Assembly (NCBI GenBank): GCA_963810095.1
Contig: CAWEMM010000006.1
Span: 1,184,001 to 1,248,000, forward strand
Reading direction: 5' to 3'
From: an uncultured Chloroflexia bacterium
GTDB lineage: Bacteria > Chloroflexota > Anaerolineae > CG2-30-64-16
Length of the DNA: 64,000 nt
Part shown: one piece after another, positions 39,969-50,058 of the stretch
How the letters are laid out: the number at the start of each line of letters is the position of its first letter
Position numbering within the stretch: the first letter of the stretch is position 1
Program-made: the position numbers and the translations under genes
Notes under the pieces: model-generated
What the model was told of the DNA's origin: nothing
Database searches by the model: none
Seen by the model: only the letters and a program-made list of their open reading frames with translations

Positions 39969-41141
39969 ATGGCCAACCATTGCGAAACGATGACGTCCCG
40001 CGAACGGGTGCACATTGCCCTCAACCACGGCGAGCCGGACCGCGTCCCCATAGACCTGGGCGGCTTTCAGACCGGCATCCACCGCGTGGCCTACGAGGAT
40101 CTGCTCGGGTACCTCGGCGTCGACGAAGCGTTCGAGCTGCGCGACCCCGTCCAACAGTTAGCCGTTCCCTCCGAGCGCATCCTCGAATTGCTCCATGCCG
40201 ACTTCCGCTACGTCACCGCGCACGGGCCGGCCAGCTTCACGGGCGCCATCGAGGAAAACACGCGGGGCGGCAAGCTGTGGTACGACCTGCGCGACGAATT
40301 CGGCGTGGTTTGGTCCATGCCGGCCGACCAGATGCTCTACATGGACATCACGCATCACCCGCTGGCCCACGCAACCCTCGCCGACCTCGAGCGCTATCCC
40401 TGGCCCGACGGTAAGGACCCGACACGGTTCACCGGCGTGCGCGAGAAAGCGCTCGCCCTGCGCCAGCGCACGCCCTATGCGCTCTCGAGTGGGATCAGCG
40501 GCGTCACCTACGAAACCTGTTGGTATTTGCGCGGGCTCGAACGGTGGTTCATGGACATGGTGGAGGACCCCACGTTCTGCGAGGCGCTGATCGATCGCAC
40601 CGCGCAGTACTGGGTCGACTGGATCCCCGGCTTCCTCGCCGAGGTGGGCGATCTCCTGGACGTGATCATGATCGGCGACGACCTCGCGGGGCAGAACGGG
40701 CCGCTTTTCTCGCCCAAGTTCTACCGCCGTGTCGTCCGCCCTCGCCAGCAGCGGGTGGTGGATGCGATCAAGGCACGCACCAACGCCAAAATCTGGTACC
40801 ACACCTGCGGCGACTGCTCGGTCTACATCCCCGACCTGATCGACATGGGGGTGGACATTCTCAACCCCGTGCAGATCAGCGCCCGGGGCATGGACCCGGC
40901 AACGCTCAAGCGCAAGTACGGCGACAACCTGGTGTTCTGGGGCGGCGGCATCGACGCACAGCACATCCTGCCGTTCGCAACCCCCGCCGAGGTGCGCGCC
41001 GAGGTCCGCCGCAATCTCGAAATCTTCCGGCCGGGCGGCGGTTACATCTTCAACAACGTGCACAACATCCAGGCCGGCGTGCCGCCTCAGAACGTAATGG
41101 CCCTGTACGAGGCCGCCTACGAGTTCGGCTTCTACGAATAA
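39969..41141 (+). CDS. UroD/MtaA-CmuA-fold methyltransferase-like protein 3
   Basis: GAGGAG RBS; MTSRERV.IALNHGEPDRVPID, DEFG, GDDLAGQNGPLFSP, HTCG, LNPVQ, FWGG, NNVHNIQ. Confidence 0.85.
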   Translation: MANHCETMTSRERVHIALNHGEPDRVPIDLGGFQTGIHRVAYEDLLGYLGVDEAFELRDPVQQLAVPSERILELLHADFRYVTAHGPASFTGAIEENTRGGKLWYDLRDEFGVVWSMPADQMLYMDITHHPLAHATLADLERYPWPDGKDPTRFTGVREKALALRQRTPYALSSGISGVTYETCWYLRGLERWFMDMVEDPTFCEALIDRTAQYWVDWIPGFLAEVGDLLDVIMIGDDLAGQNGPLFSPKFYRRVVRPRQQRVVDAIKARTNAKIWYHTCGDCSVYIPDLIDMGVDILNPVQISARGMDPATLKRKYGDNLVFWGGGIDAQHILPFATPAEVRAEVRRNLEIFRPGGGYIFNNVHNIQAGVPPQNVMALYEAAYEFGFYE

Positions 41142-41205
41142 AGGCGGCCGCCCAGAACGGCGCGGCGACCTGCCGGCGGGCCGGCAGGAACATGAAGGAG
41201 GGCTG

Positions 41206-42733
41206 ATGACCGAGGAAATGGCCCCGCTGCTGAGCATGAAAGGCGTCAGCCGGCGGTTCCCAGGGGTGCTGGCGCTGGACCACGTCGATTTCGACCTGCG
41301 AGCGGGCGAAGTGCACGCACTGGTAGGCGAAAACGGCGCGGGCAAATCCACGCTGATCAATATCCTCGCGGGGGTGCACCCACCATCCGGCGGCGTGCTC
41401 GAGCTGGCCGGCAAGCCGACAGTGCTGCCCGACCCGGTCAGCGCGCAGCGGGCGGGTATCAACGTCATCTTCCAGGAATTCAACCTGCTGCCCCACCTCA
41501 GCGTCGCGGAGAACATCTTCCTCAACCGTGAGCCGACCCGCGGGCCGCGCATCGATTGGCCGGCCCTCCACCGGCGCACCGCCGAAGTGCTCAAGCAGCT
41601 CAAGATCGACTTGAACCCGCGTACAGTCGTGCGCGAGCTGCCCGTCGCGCAACAGCAGTTGGTCGAGATCGCCCGTGCGCTGGCCTTCGACGCGAAGGTC
41701 GTCGTGATGGACGAACCCACCGCGGCGTTGTCAGAGGTTGAGATCGGCCGGCTGATGGAGCTCGTCCGTTCGCTGGCCGGCCGCGGGGTGGGCGTGATCT
41801 ACGTGTCGCACAAGCTCTCCGAGGTGTTCACGGTGGCAGATCGGATCACCGTGCTGCGCGACGGCAAACGCATCCTCACTGCGCCGCGCAGCGAGCTCAC
41901 CGAGCGCCAGGTGGTCACCGCGATGGTGGGCCGCGAGTTGGCCTATACGAAGTGCCCGCCGCGCCGCCCGGGCGAGCTCGTGCTTTCGGTGCGCGACTCT
42001 TTCCTCGGGCCGGGCCGTTCAGGGCGTGTCGTTTGACCTGGCGGCCGGCGAGGTCGTCGGCCTGGCCGGCCTGATGGGCAGCGGCGGCCTCGAGTTGGTC
42101 GAAGCCCTGTTTGGCTTGCGGCCGATTACGGGCGGCGAGGTCCTGCTCGAGGGCAAGCCGCTGCTCGCGCGGGGCCCGCGCCAAGCCATCCGGGCGGGGT
42201 TGGCGTACGTGCCGGATGACCGGAAGGGCGCGGGCCTCTTGCCCGACCTCTCCGTCCAGCACAACATCAGCATCGGCGTCATCGAGCGACTGCGCCGGGG
42301 CCCGATCATCGACGTGCGGCGGGAGAGCGAGCTGATGACCGAGTACGGCGGGAAACTCTCGATCCGCTATGCGAGCCCGAAGCAGTTCGTCAGCGACCTG
42401 AGCGGCGGGAACCAGCAAAAAGTGATCCTGGCCCGTTCGCTCGCCGAGCAGTGCAAGGTGCTGCTGCTGGCCGAGCCCACCCGCGGCGTCGACGTGGGCG
42501 CGAAGCAGGAGATTTACGCACTCATCGACATGCTGCTCGAGCAGGGCATCGCAATCGTCCTGCAATCGTCAGAACTTCCCGAACTCATTCGGCTGGCCGA
42601 GCGCTGCCTCGTCTTCGCCGGCGGGCAGATGCGCGGCGAGCTGGCGGGCGCCGAGTTCACGCAGCCCAACGTCATGGCCCTCGCCACGGGACTCGATCCG
42701 TCCCACGTCGTGCAGGAAAGTGAGGTGGCATAG
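41206..42733 (+). CDS. Sugar ABC transporter ATP-binding protein, RbsA-like (frameshift near 42000-42025)
   Basis: GENGAGKST, MDEPT, SHKL; second half LSGGNQQK, EPTRGVDVGAK. Confidence 0.9.
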
Positions 42734-43717
42734 GTGGAGCGCATCCGTGCAACCGCGGGGCGGCTCTGGCGCTCGTACAGCGTCGCGGTCGTCGTGATCG
42801 TCTTGGGCGTCATCCTGGCGATCCTGTCGCCCCGGTTCCTGCTGGTCGGCAACTTGCTGAACGTCTTGACGAACGCTTCCGTGATCGCGATCGTTGGCCT
42901 GGGGATGACCCTGGCGATCGCGTCCGGCAACTTCGACTTGTCGGTCGGCGCCACCGCCGCCTTCGCAGCCTGCATTGCCTTCAGCATTGTGCCCGTGCTG
43001 GGTGTTCCGGCCGGGATCCTGGTCGGGCTGCTGGTGGGCGCCGCGATCGGCCTGGCCAACGGCATCATCATCACCGAGCTGCGCGTCAACGCCTTCATCG
43101 CCACGCTGGGCGTCGGCAGCGTCGTGCGCGGGGCCACCCTGCTCTTCACCAGCGGCCGCGACATGTATCTGCAGGGCTACCCCGGCTACAAGGTTCTGTC
43201 GGGCGGGCACATCCTGGGCATCCCCATGCCCGTGATCATGGCGCTGCTGCTGGCCGCGGTGCTGGGCCTCGTCATCGCCCACACCCGCTTCGGCCGCTAC
43301 ATCCTGGCGGTGGGCAGCAACGCCGCGACGGCCCGGCGTTCCGGTGTGCCGGTCAACCGGGTGCTCTGGGGCATCTTTGCGATCGTCGGCGCGACCGCCG
43401 CGCTGAGCGGGCAGATCTACAGCGCCCAGGTGGTGACCGCCAGCGCCCGCATCGCGGTCGGTCTCGAGTTGTCCGCCATCGCGGTCGTCGTCGTGGGCGG
43501 CACTCCGCTCACCGGCGGGCGGGCGTCGCTGATCGGCACCCTGCTCGGCAGCCTGCTGATCGCCATGATCAACAACGGGCTCAACCTGCTGAACGTCTCG
43601 GTGCTCTACCAGCAGGTGACCATCGGCCTGCTCCTCCTGTTCACGCTCGCCATCAGCGTGGAGCGGAAGCGCAAGGTGACCGGTCCCCTGCCGCAACAGG
43701 GCCGGAGGGCGGCATGA
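42734..43717 (+). CDS. Sugar ABC transporter permease, RbsC-like
   Basis: FDLSVG, FIATLG, T.FGR...AVGSN, ELSAIA.VVVGGT. Confidence 0.9.
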   Translation: MERIRATAGRLWRSYSVAVVVIVLGVILAILSPRFLLVGNLLNVLTNASVIAIVGLGMTLAIASGNFDLSVGATAAFAACIAFSIVPVLGVPAGILVGLLVGAAIGLANGIIITELRVNAFIATLGVGSVVRGATLLFTSGRDMYLQGYPGYKVLSGGHILGIPMPVIMALLLAAVLGLVIAHTRFGRYILAVGSNAATARRSGVPVNRVLWGIFAIVGATAALSGQIYSAQVVTASARIAVGLELSAIAVVVVGGTPLTGGRASLIGTLLGSLLIAMINNGLNLLNVSVLYQQVTIGLLLLFTLAISVERKRKVTGPLPQQGRRAA

Positions 43718-44717
43718 CGACAGCAGCTGACACCCGCAGCAGAGGCAGGCGGACCACTCGCAACTGGGCCCTCTTGTGGGAGAAATACGGCATTACCGCC
43801 GTTCTGGTGGTCGCCTGGATCTTCGCCGCGCTGTTCACGCCGAACTTTGCGACCGTCGACAACCTCGCCAACGTGCTCCGCTCGGCCAGCTTCGTGGGCA
43901 TCGCCGCGGTCGGCATGACGATTGCGATCATCTCCGGGACGTTCGACCTCTCGGTCGGGTCCACCCTCGCGCTGGCCGCGGTGGCATGCGTCTGGACGGG
44001 GTCGCGCTACGGTGTGGTCGCTTCGGTCGCCGCCGGCTTGCTGGCCGGCTTGGCCGTCGGCGCCATCAACGGCCTGCTCGTCCGCGGGTGCGCATCCCCG
44101 CGTTCATCGCAACCCTGGGCATGCTGTTCGTGGTCAGCGGTTTCACGCTGATTCTCACCGGCGGGCAGGCCTACCGCTACAACGCACCAAACTTCGTGTG
44201 GCTGGGCAACGGGGATGTATTGGGGTTCCCCGTGCCGTTCCTCGTTTTTCTGATCTGCGCCCTCTTGGGCGAAGGCGTGCTGCGCCGCACGGTGTTTGGC
44301 CGGCACGTGTTTGCCACGGGCAGCAACCCGACCGCCGCCGAGATCGCAGGCGCACCGGTGCAGCGCATCTCGGGCCTGGTGTTCGTGGTCGTGGGCCTGT
44401 TCGCCGGCCTGGCCGCAGTCCTGCTGGCCGGCCGGTTGTACTCGGCCGGCCCCGGCCTCGAGCCGGGCTTCGAGCTGCGAGTGATCGCAACAGTCGTGCT
44501 CGGTGGCACCCGCTTGCAAGGTGGCCGCGGCGGTATGCTGGGCACCGTGTCGGCCGCTATCCTGTTTGCCACGCTGGCTAACGTGCTGAACCTGTTCCAC
44601 GCCGATGCTTTCTGGCAGCGCGTCGTGGAGGGCCTCGTGCTCCTGCTCGCCCTCTCGATCGAAGGCATCCGGCAGCGAGTCGAGGAGCGCATGAGCCGGC
44701 GCACGCAAGGAGACTAA
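43714..44717 (+). CDS. Sugar ABC transporter permease (frameshift near 44085)
   Basis: FDLSVG, PAFIATLG, FGRHVFATGSN, ELRVIATVVLGGT. Confidence 0.88.
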
Positions 44718-44799
44718 GAAGGAGGTGTACGAACCCCCAAATCGGTCACAATGTCGTGCTTATACAAACGTTCCCACATTCCCCAAGGAGGAAAACAGA

Positions 44800-45787
44800 A
44801 TGTCTCGCAAGGTTTGGATGTTCGTCCTCGTCGCCCTGTTGATCGCGGCCGTCATGCTGACGAGCTGCGCCCCCCAGGCCGCGCCGCAAGCGGCTGCGCC
44901 CGCCGCAAAGAAGAAGATCGGCTTCTCGGTCTACGACATGCAATACGGGTTCTTCCAGGACATGGAGAAGGGCACCCGTGAGGCCGCGCAGGCGGCAGGG
45001 TACGACTACGTGCTGGTCGACCAGAAGTCGAGCGAGTCGACGATGGTCTCCGCGACGCAGGACCTGATCAACCAGGGCATCGAGCGCGCTGATCATCTCG
45101 CCGGTCAAGCCCGATGCCATGGGGCCCCTGGTCGATGCGGCCAAGAAGAAGGGCATCCCGGTCGTGGTCGACGACATCGGCGGCGGCGGCACGGCGTATG
45201 ACGTCATCGTCATCTCGAACAACGCCGAGGGCGGCGTGATGGCGGCCGAGCACCTGGACAAACTGATCCAGAAGACGGGCAACACGTCGAAGAAGGTTGC
45301 GTCGATCACGTGCGACCCGACCGCCGTGTACGCGTGGCAGCGTAACGTCAACTTCGAGAAGAAAATCAAGGAAATGGGCTACACCGTCGTCGCGTCCCTT
45401 AACGGCAACAGCAAGCAGGAAGAAGGCTACCGCCTGATGAAGGACGTCCTGTCGGCGAACCCCGACGTAGCGGGGATCTTCTCCTGCAACGATCCGATGG
45501 CCGTCGGCGCAGCCCAGGCCATCGCCGACAGCGGCAAGAGCGGCGTCAAGGACATCCCGGTGGTTGGCTTCAACGCAGACGAGATCGCGCTGAAGGCCAT
45601 CAAGGAAGGCTCGATGGCCGCCACCGTCCAGCAGATCCCGTACGACATGGGCAAGATGACCGTCGCGTTGGCCACGAAGCTCATGAACGGCGAGAAGCTG
45701 AAGTTCGACAAGGAAGCCGAGCGCGAGATTTACGTCCCCGTGAAGCTCATCACGGCCGAGAACGTGGACACCCTGCTGAAGAAGTAA
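44800..45787 (+). CDS. Sugar ABC substrate-binding lipoprotein, RbsB-like (frameshift near 45083)
   Basis: Lipobox LTSC; GIPVV..D, SNN..GG, NDPMAVGA, VVGFN, TVQQ.P. Confidence 0.88.
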
Positions 45788-45804
45788 GCTCTCTCAGCGT
45801 TAGG

Positions 45805-45841
45805 GCCGCCCGATCATGATTTGGTCGGGCGGCTTTCTTTT
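45805..45841 (+). terminator. Intrinsic terminator closing the sugar locus
   Basis: GCCGCCCGATCA-TGATT-TGGTCGGGCGGC followed by TTTCTTTT. Confidence 0.75.
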
Positions 45842-45856
45842 GTGGCTGTGGCAGCC

Positions 45857-46498
45857 CTACATGCTCAGCCCCGTCTCGCTGCGCCGCCGGATGATGTAGA
45901 CCGGGACCAGGAGCAGCCAGGCGAAGACGGCCGCATCCACGTTGATCAAGGCGACGCCCGCGGACGCCAGAAACACCAGTGGGGGCAGCAAGAGGTACAG
46001 GCGGACGCTCTTGATCAGGGCCGGCGAGGCTTCCGCAGAAACGAACCGGCGGCGCACCGCGTAGACCCAGAGCCCGGCCAGCGACAGACCCATGCCCGCG
46101 GCTGTGCCTGCGTACAGAATGACCGATGCCGCCTGCAAGCCGTTCGAGAACAGCAGCGTGGTGGGGAAGGGCATAAAGGCAATAAACATGAGGAACAGGA
46201 AGTTCAGGTACATCAGCCGCCGGTCGTACCGCTGGATGTAGCCGTAGCAGCGATGGTGCGCCACCCAGTACAACCCGATGACCCAGAAGCTCACGGCCCA
46301 GCCGAGGACCTTCGGCCAGAGTGCCAGCAGCTGCGGTCCAATGTTCTCCAACCCCTGGGGCAGGCGAATGTCGAGGACCAGCAGGGTGATGGCAATGGCC
46401 ATGACCGCGTCGCTGAAGAAGACAATCCGCTCCAGGCCCAGCGTTGCACCCTCGGGTGCATGGGCTTCTTTGCGTGTGGCGTTGCTCAATTTCGGCAT
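45857..46498 (-). CDS. TMEM175-family K+ channel homolog (DUF1211)
   Basis: ERIVFFSDAVMAIAITLLVLDI, YW..HH, FMPFPT. Confidence 0.85.
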   Translation of the reverse strand: MPKLSNATRKEAHAPEGATLGLERIVFFSDAVMAIAITLLVLDIRLPQGLENIGPQLLALWPKVLGWAVSFWVIGLYWVAHHRCYGYIQRYDRRLMYLNFLFLMFIAFMPFPTTLLFSNGLQAASVILYAGTAAGMGLSLAGLWVYAVRRRFVSAEASPALIKSVRLYLLLPPLVFLASAGVALINVDAAVFAWLLLVPVYIIRRRSETGLSM

Positions 46499-46704
46499 CT
46501 ACTCCTCCCAGCCGGCCCCAGTTTAGCACAGGCCCAGCCGCTGCATCCAGCCACGCCGGCCCCCCTTCGCGCTTGTGGTCTTCGTCCATCTTCGCGTCTT
46601 CGTGTTCCAAAACGCCACGCGCAAAAACCCGAACCGCACCCCCACTCACCGGGTGCTTGCCAGATGCCCCGGTCTGAAGTATACATGGGGGACGGAGGCG
46701 GTGA

Positions 46705-47457
46705 ATGGACGGCGGGCTCGGACGTGCGGCACAGCTCATCTCGAAGGCCAGGCGGGTGGTCGTCCTGACGGGCGCGGGCGTGTCAAAAGAGTCCGGCATC
46801 CCAACCTTCCGGGAGGCGCAAGCGGGGTTGTGGGCCCAGTACGACCCCATGGACATGGCTTCCGAAGCGGGTTTCCGCCGCAATCCAAAGCTCGTCTGGG
46901 AATGGTATGAGTACCGCTTCGGCATGGTGAAGTCCGCACACCCGAACGCCGGTCATCTTGCCATCGCCGAGCTCGAACGCTTGGTGCCCCAGGTCACCGT
47001 CGTCACGCAAAACATCGACGGCCTGCACGCCGCCGCGGGCTCAACCTCCGTGCTCGAGCTCCACGGCAGCATCCAGCGCTACAAGTGTCTCAGCGGCCGC
47101 CACACGGGCTTCTCCCTTGACGACGTGACGGCGCAAACCGAGAGGCCGCCGCGCTGTCCAAAGTGCGGCGATCTGATCCGGCCCGACGTCGTCTGGTTCG
47201 GCGAGTACCTGCCCGCAGACGTGATGCGCCGGGCATACGACGCCAGCGAGCGCTGCGCCCTCATGCTCGTCGTCGGCACCTCGGGGGTCGTGCAGCCCGC
47301 CGCCTCGCTGCCCTACGTCGCCGCTCGCACCGGCGCGCTGGTCGTCGACGTCAATCCGGAGCCGGACGAAATCAGCGACATGGCCGACATCTACTTGCAG
47401 GGCAAGGGCGGCGAAATCTTGCCCCGGTTGCTGCAGGCCATCCGGTCCGCGCATTGA
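46705..47457 (+). CDS. cobB: NAD-dependent protein deacylase (sirtuin, CobB-like)
   Basis: LTGAGVSKESGIPTFR, TQNIDGLH, ELHGS, RPDVVWFGE, VGTSG.V.P. Confidence 0.9.
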   Translation: MDGGLGRAAQLISKARRVVVLTGAGVSKESGIPTFREAQAGLWAQYDPMDMASEAGFRRNPKLVWEWYEYRFGMVKSAHPNAGHLAIAELERLVPQVTVVTQNIDGLHAAAGSTSVLELHGSIQRYKCLSGRHTGFSLDDVTAQTERPPRCPKCGDLIRPDVVWFGEYLPADVMRRAYDASERCALMLVVGTSGVVQPAASLPYVAARTGALVVDVNPEPDEISDMADIYLQGKGGEILPRLLQAIRSAH

Positions 47458-48462
47458 TGGAGGCGCATGTGAGCCCTGCACCGCCGCCCGTCGCCTGGCT
47501 GCTCGAAGGGCCTCCCTACATCCGCTACCGGACCCGGCGCGACCTGCTGGCCCTACCCGAGGCCGACCCGGAAGTCGCGTCCGACAGGGCGGCCATGCTC
47601 GCCGATCCCGCCGTACAGGCTATCGTCGCGGAGCTTGCGGGCTGGCCCGGGCCGGCCATCAGCAGCCATAAATCGGCTCACCAGTTCTTCCACAAGCTGA
47701 CGTTTCTGGCCGATCTCGGCCTGCGCCGCGACGACCCGGGAATAGCATCGCTGATCGAACGCATCCTGTCCCGCCGCTCGGCTGAAGGGCCATTCGCAAT
47801 TGGAATGAACATCGGCAGCGCGTACGGCGGTTCGGGGCAGGATCAACTCGCGTGGGCGCTGTGTGACACGCCGCTGATCGAGTACGCGCTGCTCAAGCTC
47901 GGCCTGGGCGCCGACCCCGCCGTGGACGCTGCCGGCGAGCACCTGATGGGGCTTGGCCGGACAGACGCGGCGAGCGGGCGCATGGGGTGGCCGTGTGCGG
48001 TGTCCTCGGCCCTCGGCGGCTGGCGTGGGACCTGGTCGCAAAGACGACCCGTGCCCCTTCGCCAACCTTGCCATGCTGCGCATGGCCGCGCAGCACGACG
48101 CCTGGCGCGATGCGGCCGAGACGCGCGCCGGTGCCGAAACGCTGCTCGGCCTCTGGCAAGACAGCCTGACCCGGCATCCCTACATCTTCTATATGGGCCA
48201 CGACTTTCGCAAGCTCAAGGCGCCCTTCGTCTGGTACGACCTGCTGCACGTGCTCGAGGTGCTCACGCAGTTCCCCTGGCTGGCGGGCGACGAGCGGCTG
48301 CGCGAGATGATTGACGTGCTTGCCGGCAAGGCCGACGCGGCGGGCCGCTTCACGCCCGAGTCGGTCTACCAGGCGTGGAGCGGGTGGGACTTCGGCCAGA
48401 AGAAGGCGCCGAGCCGCTGGCTGACGCTGCTGGCGCACCGCATCCTGGCCCGGCAAGGCTAG
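47457..48462 (+). CDS. Conserved hypothetical protein, possible prenyltransferase/alpha-barrel-like repeats (frameshift near 48028)
   Basis: WLLEG.P.IRY, GWPC, PCPFAN, P.VWYDLL.VL, PSRWLT, across two frames. Confidence 0.55.
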
Positions 48463-48648
48463 GCCCGCCGTGCTCCTCGCGGTCCTGGCAGGCATCGAAA
48501 CGGGCGTCGACGTGGCCCGGGCGCTGCTGCAGCACGCTGACCGTTTCAAAGAAGCTCAGGGCGGCGACCGCGAACAATTCATGAGCGACGAAACCTGGGA
48601 AGCGGCCGCCGGGTGCTTTGACTGGCCAAAATACGAACGAGGTACGCA

Positions 48649-50014
48649 ATGACATCTACATTGATTCGCAACGGGCTTTTGATTCTGCCGGACGGCGAGC
48701 GTGAGGGCGACATTCTGATCGCGGGTGAAACGATCCAGGCGCTGGGCGCAAGCCTCCCGGCTGCCGATCACGTCGTCGACGCGAGCGGCTGCGTGGTGCT
48801 GCCCGGCCTGGTCGATCCGCACACGCACATCGTGCTCGACACGGGCATCTACAAGACGCCTGACGACTGGGAAGTGGGCACGCGCACCGCTGCCTGCGGC
48901 GGGGTGACCACGGTCATCGACTTCGCAACCCAGTTCCCCGGCCAGGACGTGCGAGCGGCGCTCGCCGCGCGCGAGGCGGAGGTCGGCGGGCTCGCGCAGA
49001 TCGACTACGGCCTGCACATGATGCTGACCCAGCTTCCCGAGGACGACGCCGTCCTCGACGGGTGGATGATCGACCTGCTTGACCTGGGCATCAACGCGCT
49101 CAAGGTTTACACGACCTACAAGCCCAACTATTACCAGGCCGACGACGCGCTGCTGCGCGTCTTCCGCGCTGCGGCCGCACACGACGTCGTCGTGATGATT
49201 CACTGCGAGAACGACATGCTGGTCGCTGCGGCGCGTGATGCCCTGGTGAAAGCCGGCAAGACGAGCCTCGCCTATCACGGGCAGGCGCGGCCCGCATTAG
49301 CCGAGGTGGAGGCGGCCAACCGGGCGCTCTTTCTCGGCCGGGCCGCCAACGACCCCACCATCTACGTCGTCCACTGCTCGGCCAGCGGGACGGTGACCGA
49401 GGTCACCCAGGCCGCGGCACGCGGGCAGCGCGCGATCGCCGAGACGACGGTCCAGTATCTAACCCTCGACGAGACGGTGTACACGGGGCCGCACCCGGAG
49501 TGGGGCATCATGCAGCCGCCGCTGCGCGCGCCCGAGGAGAAGGAGAAACTGTGGGCGCAGGTCGTCGCGGGTGAGATCGCCACCATCGGTACAGACCACT
49601 GCGACTATACCATCGCCCAGAAACGCGAGCACACCGAGTTTACCAAGACGCCCGGCGGCATTCCCGGCCTCGAGACGATGCTGCCCCTGCTCGTCACCCA
49701 CGGCGTCGCGGCCGGCCGTATCGGCTGGTCGCGCCTCGCCGAGCTGACCAGCACCAATCCCGCCCGTATTTTCGGGCTGAAGCAAAAGGGTGCGCTCCGC
49801 GTAGGCGGCGATGCGGACGTGGTCATCTACGACCCGCGCGTCCAAACGACTATCCATTCGAGCCGGTTGCACAACCTGTCGGGGTATACGCCTTATGAGG
49901 GGATGACCGTGCAGGGCGCGGTGCGCGACGTGTTCGTCCGCGGCCGGCAACTGGTCGAGAGAGGGAGAATTCCGGCCCGCGCCCCATTGGGGCCGGTTCG
50001 TCAAAGCAGCATAG
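48649..50014 (+). CDS. Cyclic amidohydrolase, dihydropyrimidinase/allantoinase family (late frameshift near 49962)
   Basis: PGLVDPHTH, GGVTTVID, HCEN, VVH, GTDHC, GGIPGLE, STNPARIFG, DADVVI.D. Confidence 0.85.
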
Positions 50015-50048
50015 TGTATGGGGACGGGCTTCGCCCGTCCCCATACAC
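50014..50048. terminator. Palindrome between convergent genes
   Basis: GTGTATGGGGACGGGC-TTC-GCCCGTCCCCATACAC. Confidence 0.65.
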
Positions 50049-50058
50049 TACAGATTCG

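Noticed and set aside
38394-41141. 915-aa ORF suggesting a regulator-methyltransferase fusion
   Set aside because: Artefact of a frameshift near 39665. The regulator's true C-terminus (matching paralog 1) stops at 39912, and MT-3 has its own RBS and ATG at 39969.
32739-41141. UroD-family genes as heme biosynthesis (hemE)
   Set aside because: The catalytic RQAGR motif is absent, there are three copies, and no tetrapyrrole genes are nearby.
46705-47457. Sir2 protein as an anti-phage defence effector
   Set aside because: Motifs match housekeeping CobB-type deacylases; no defence partner genes are adjacent.
48470-48652. 60-aa ORF overlapping the amidohydrolase start
   Set aside because: No recognisable motif or RBS; it may be a remnant and cannot be supported.
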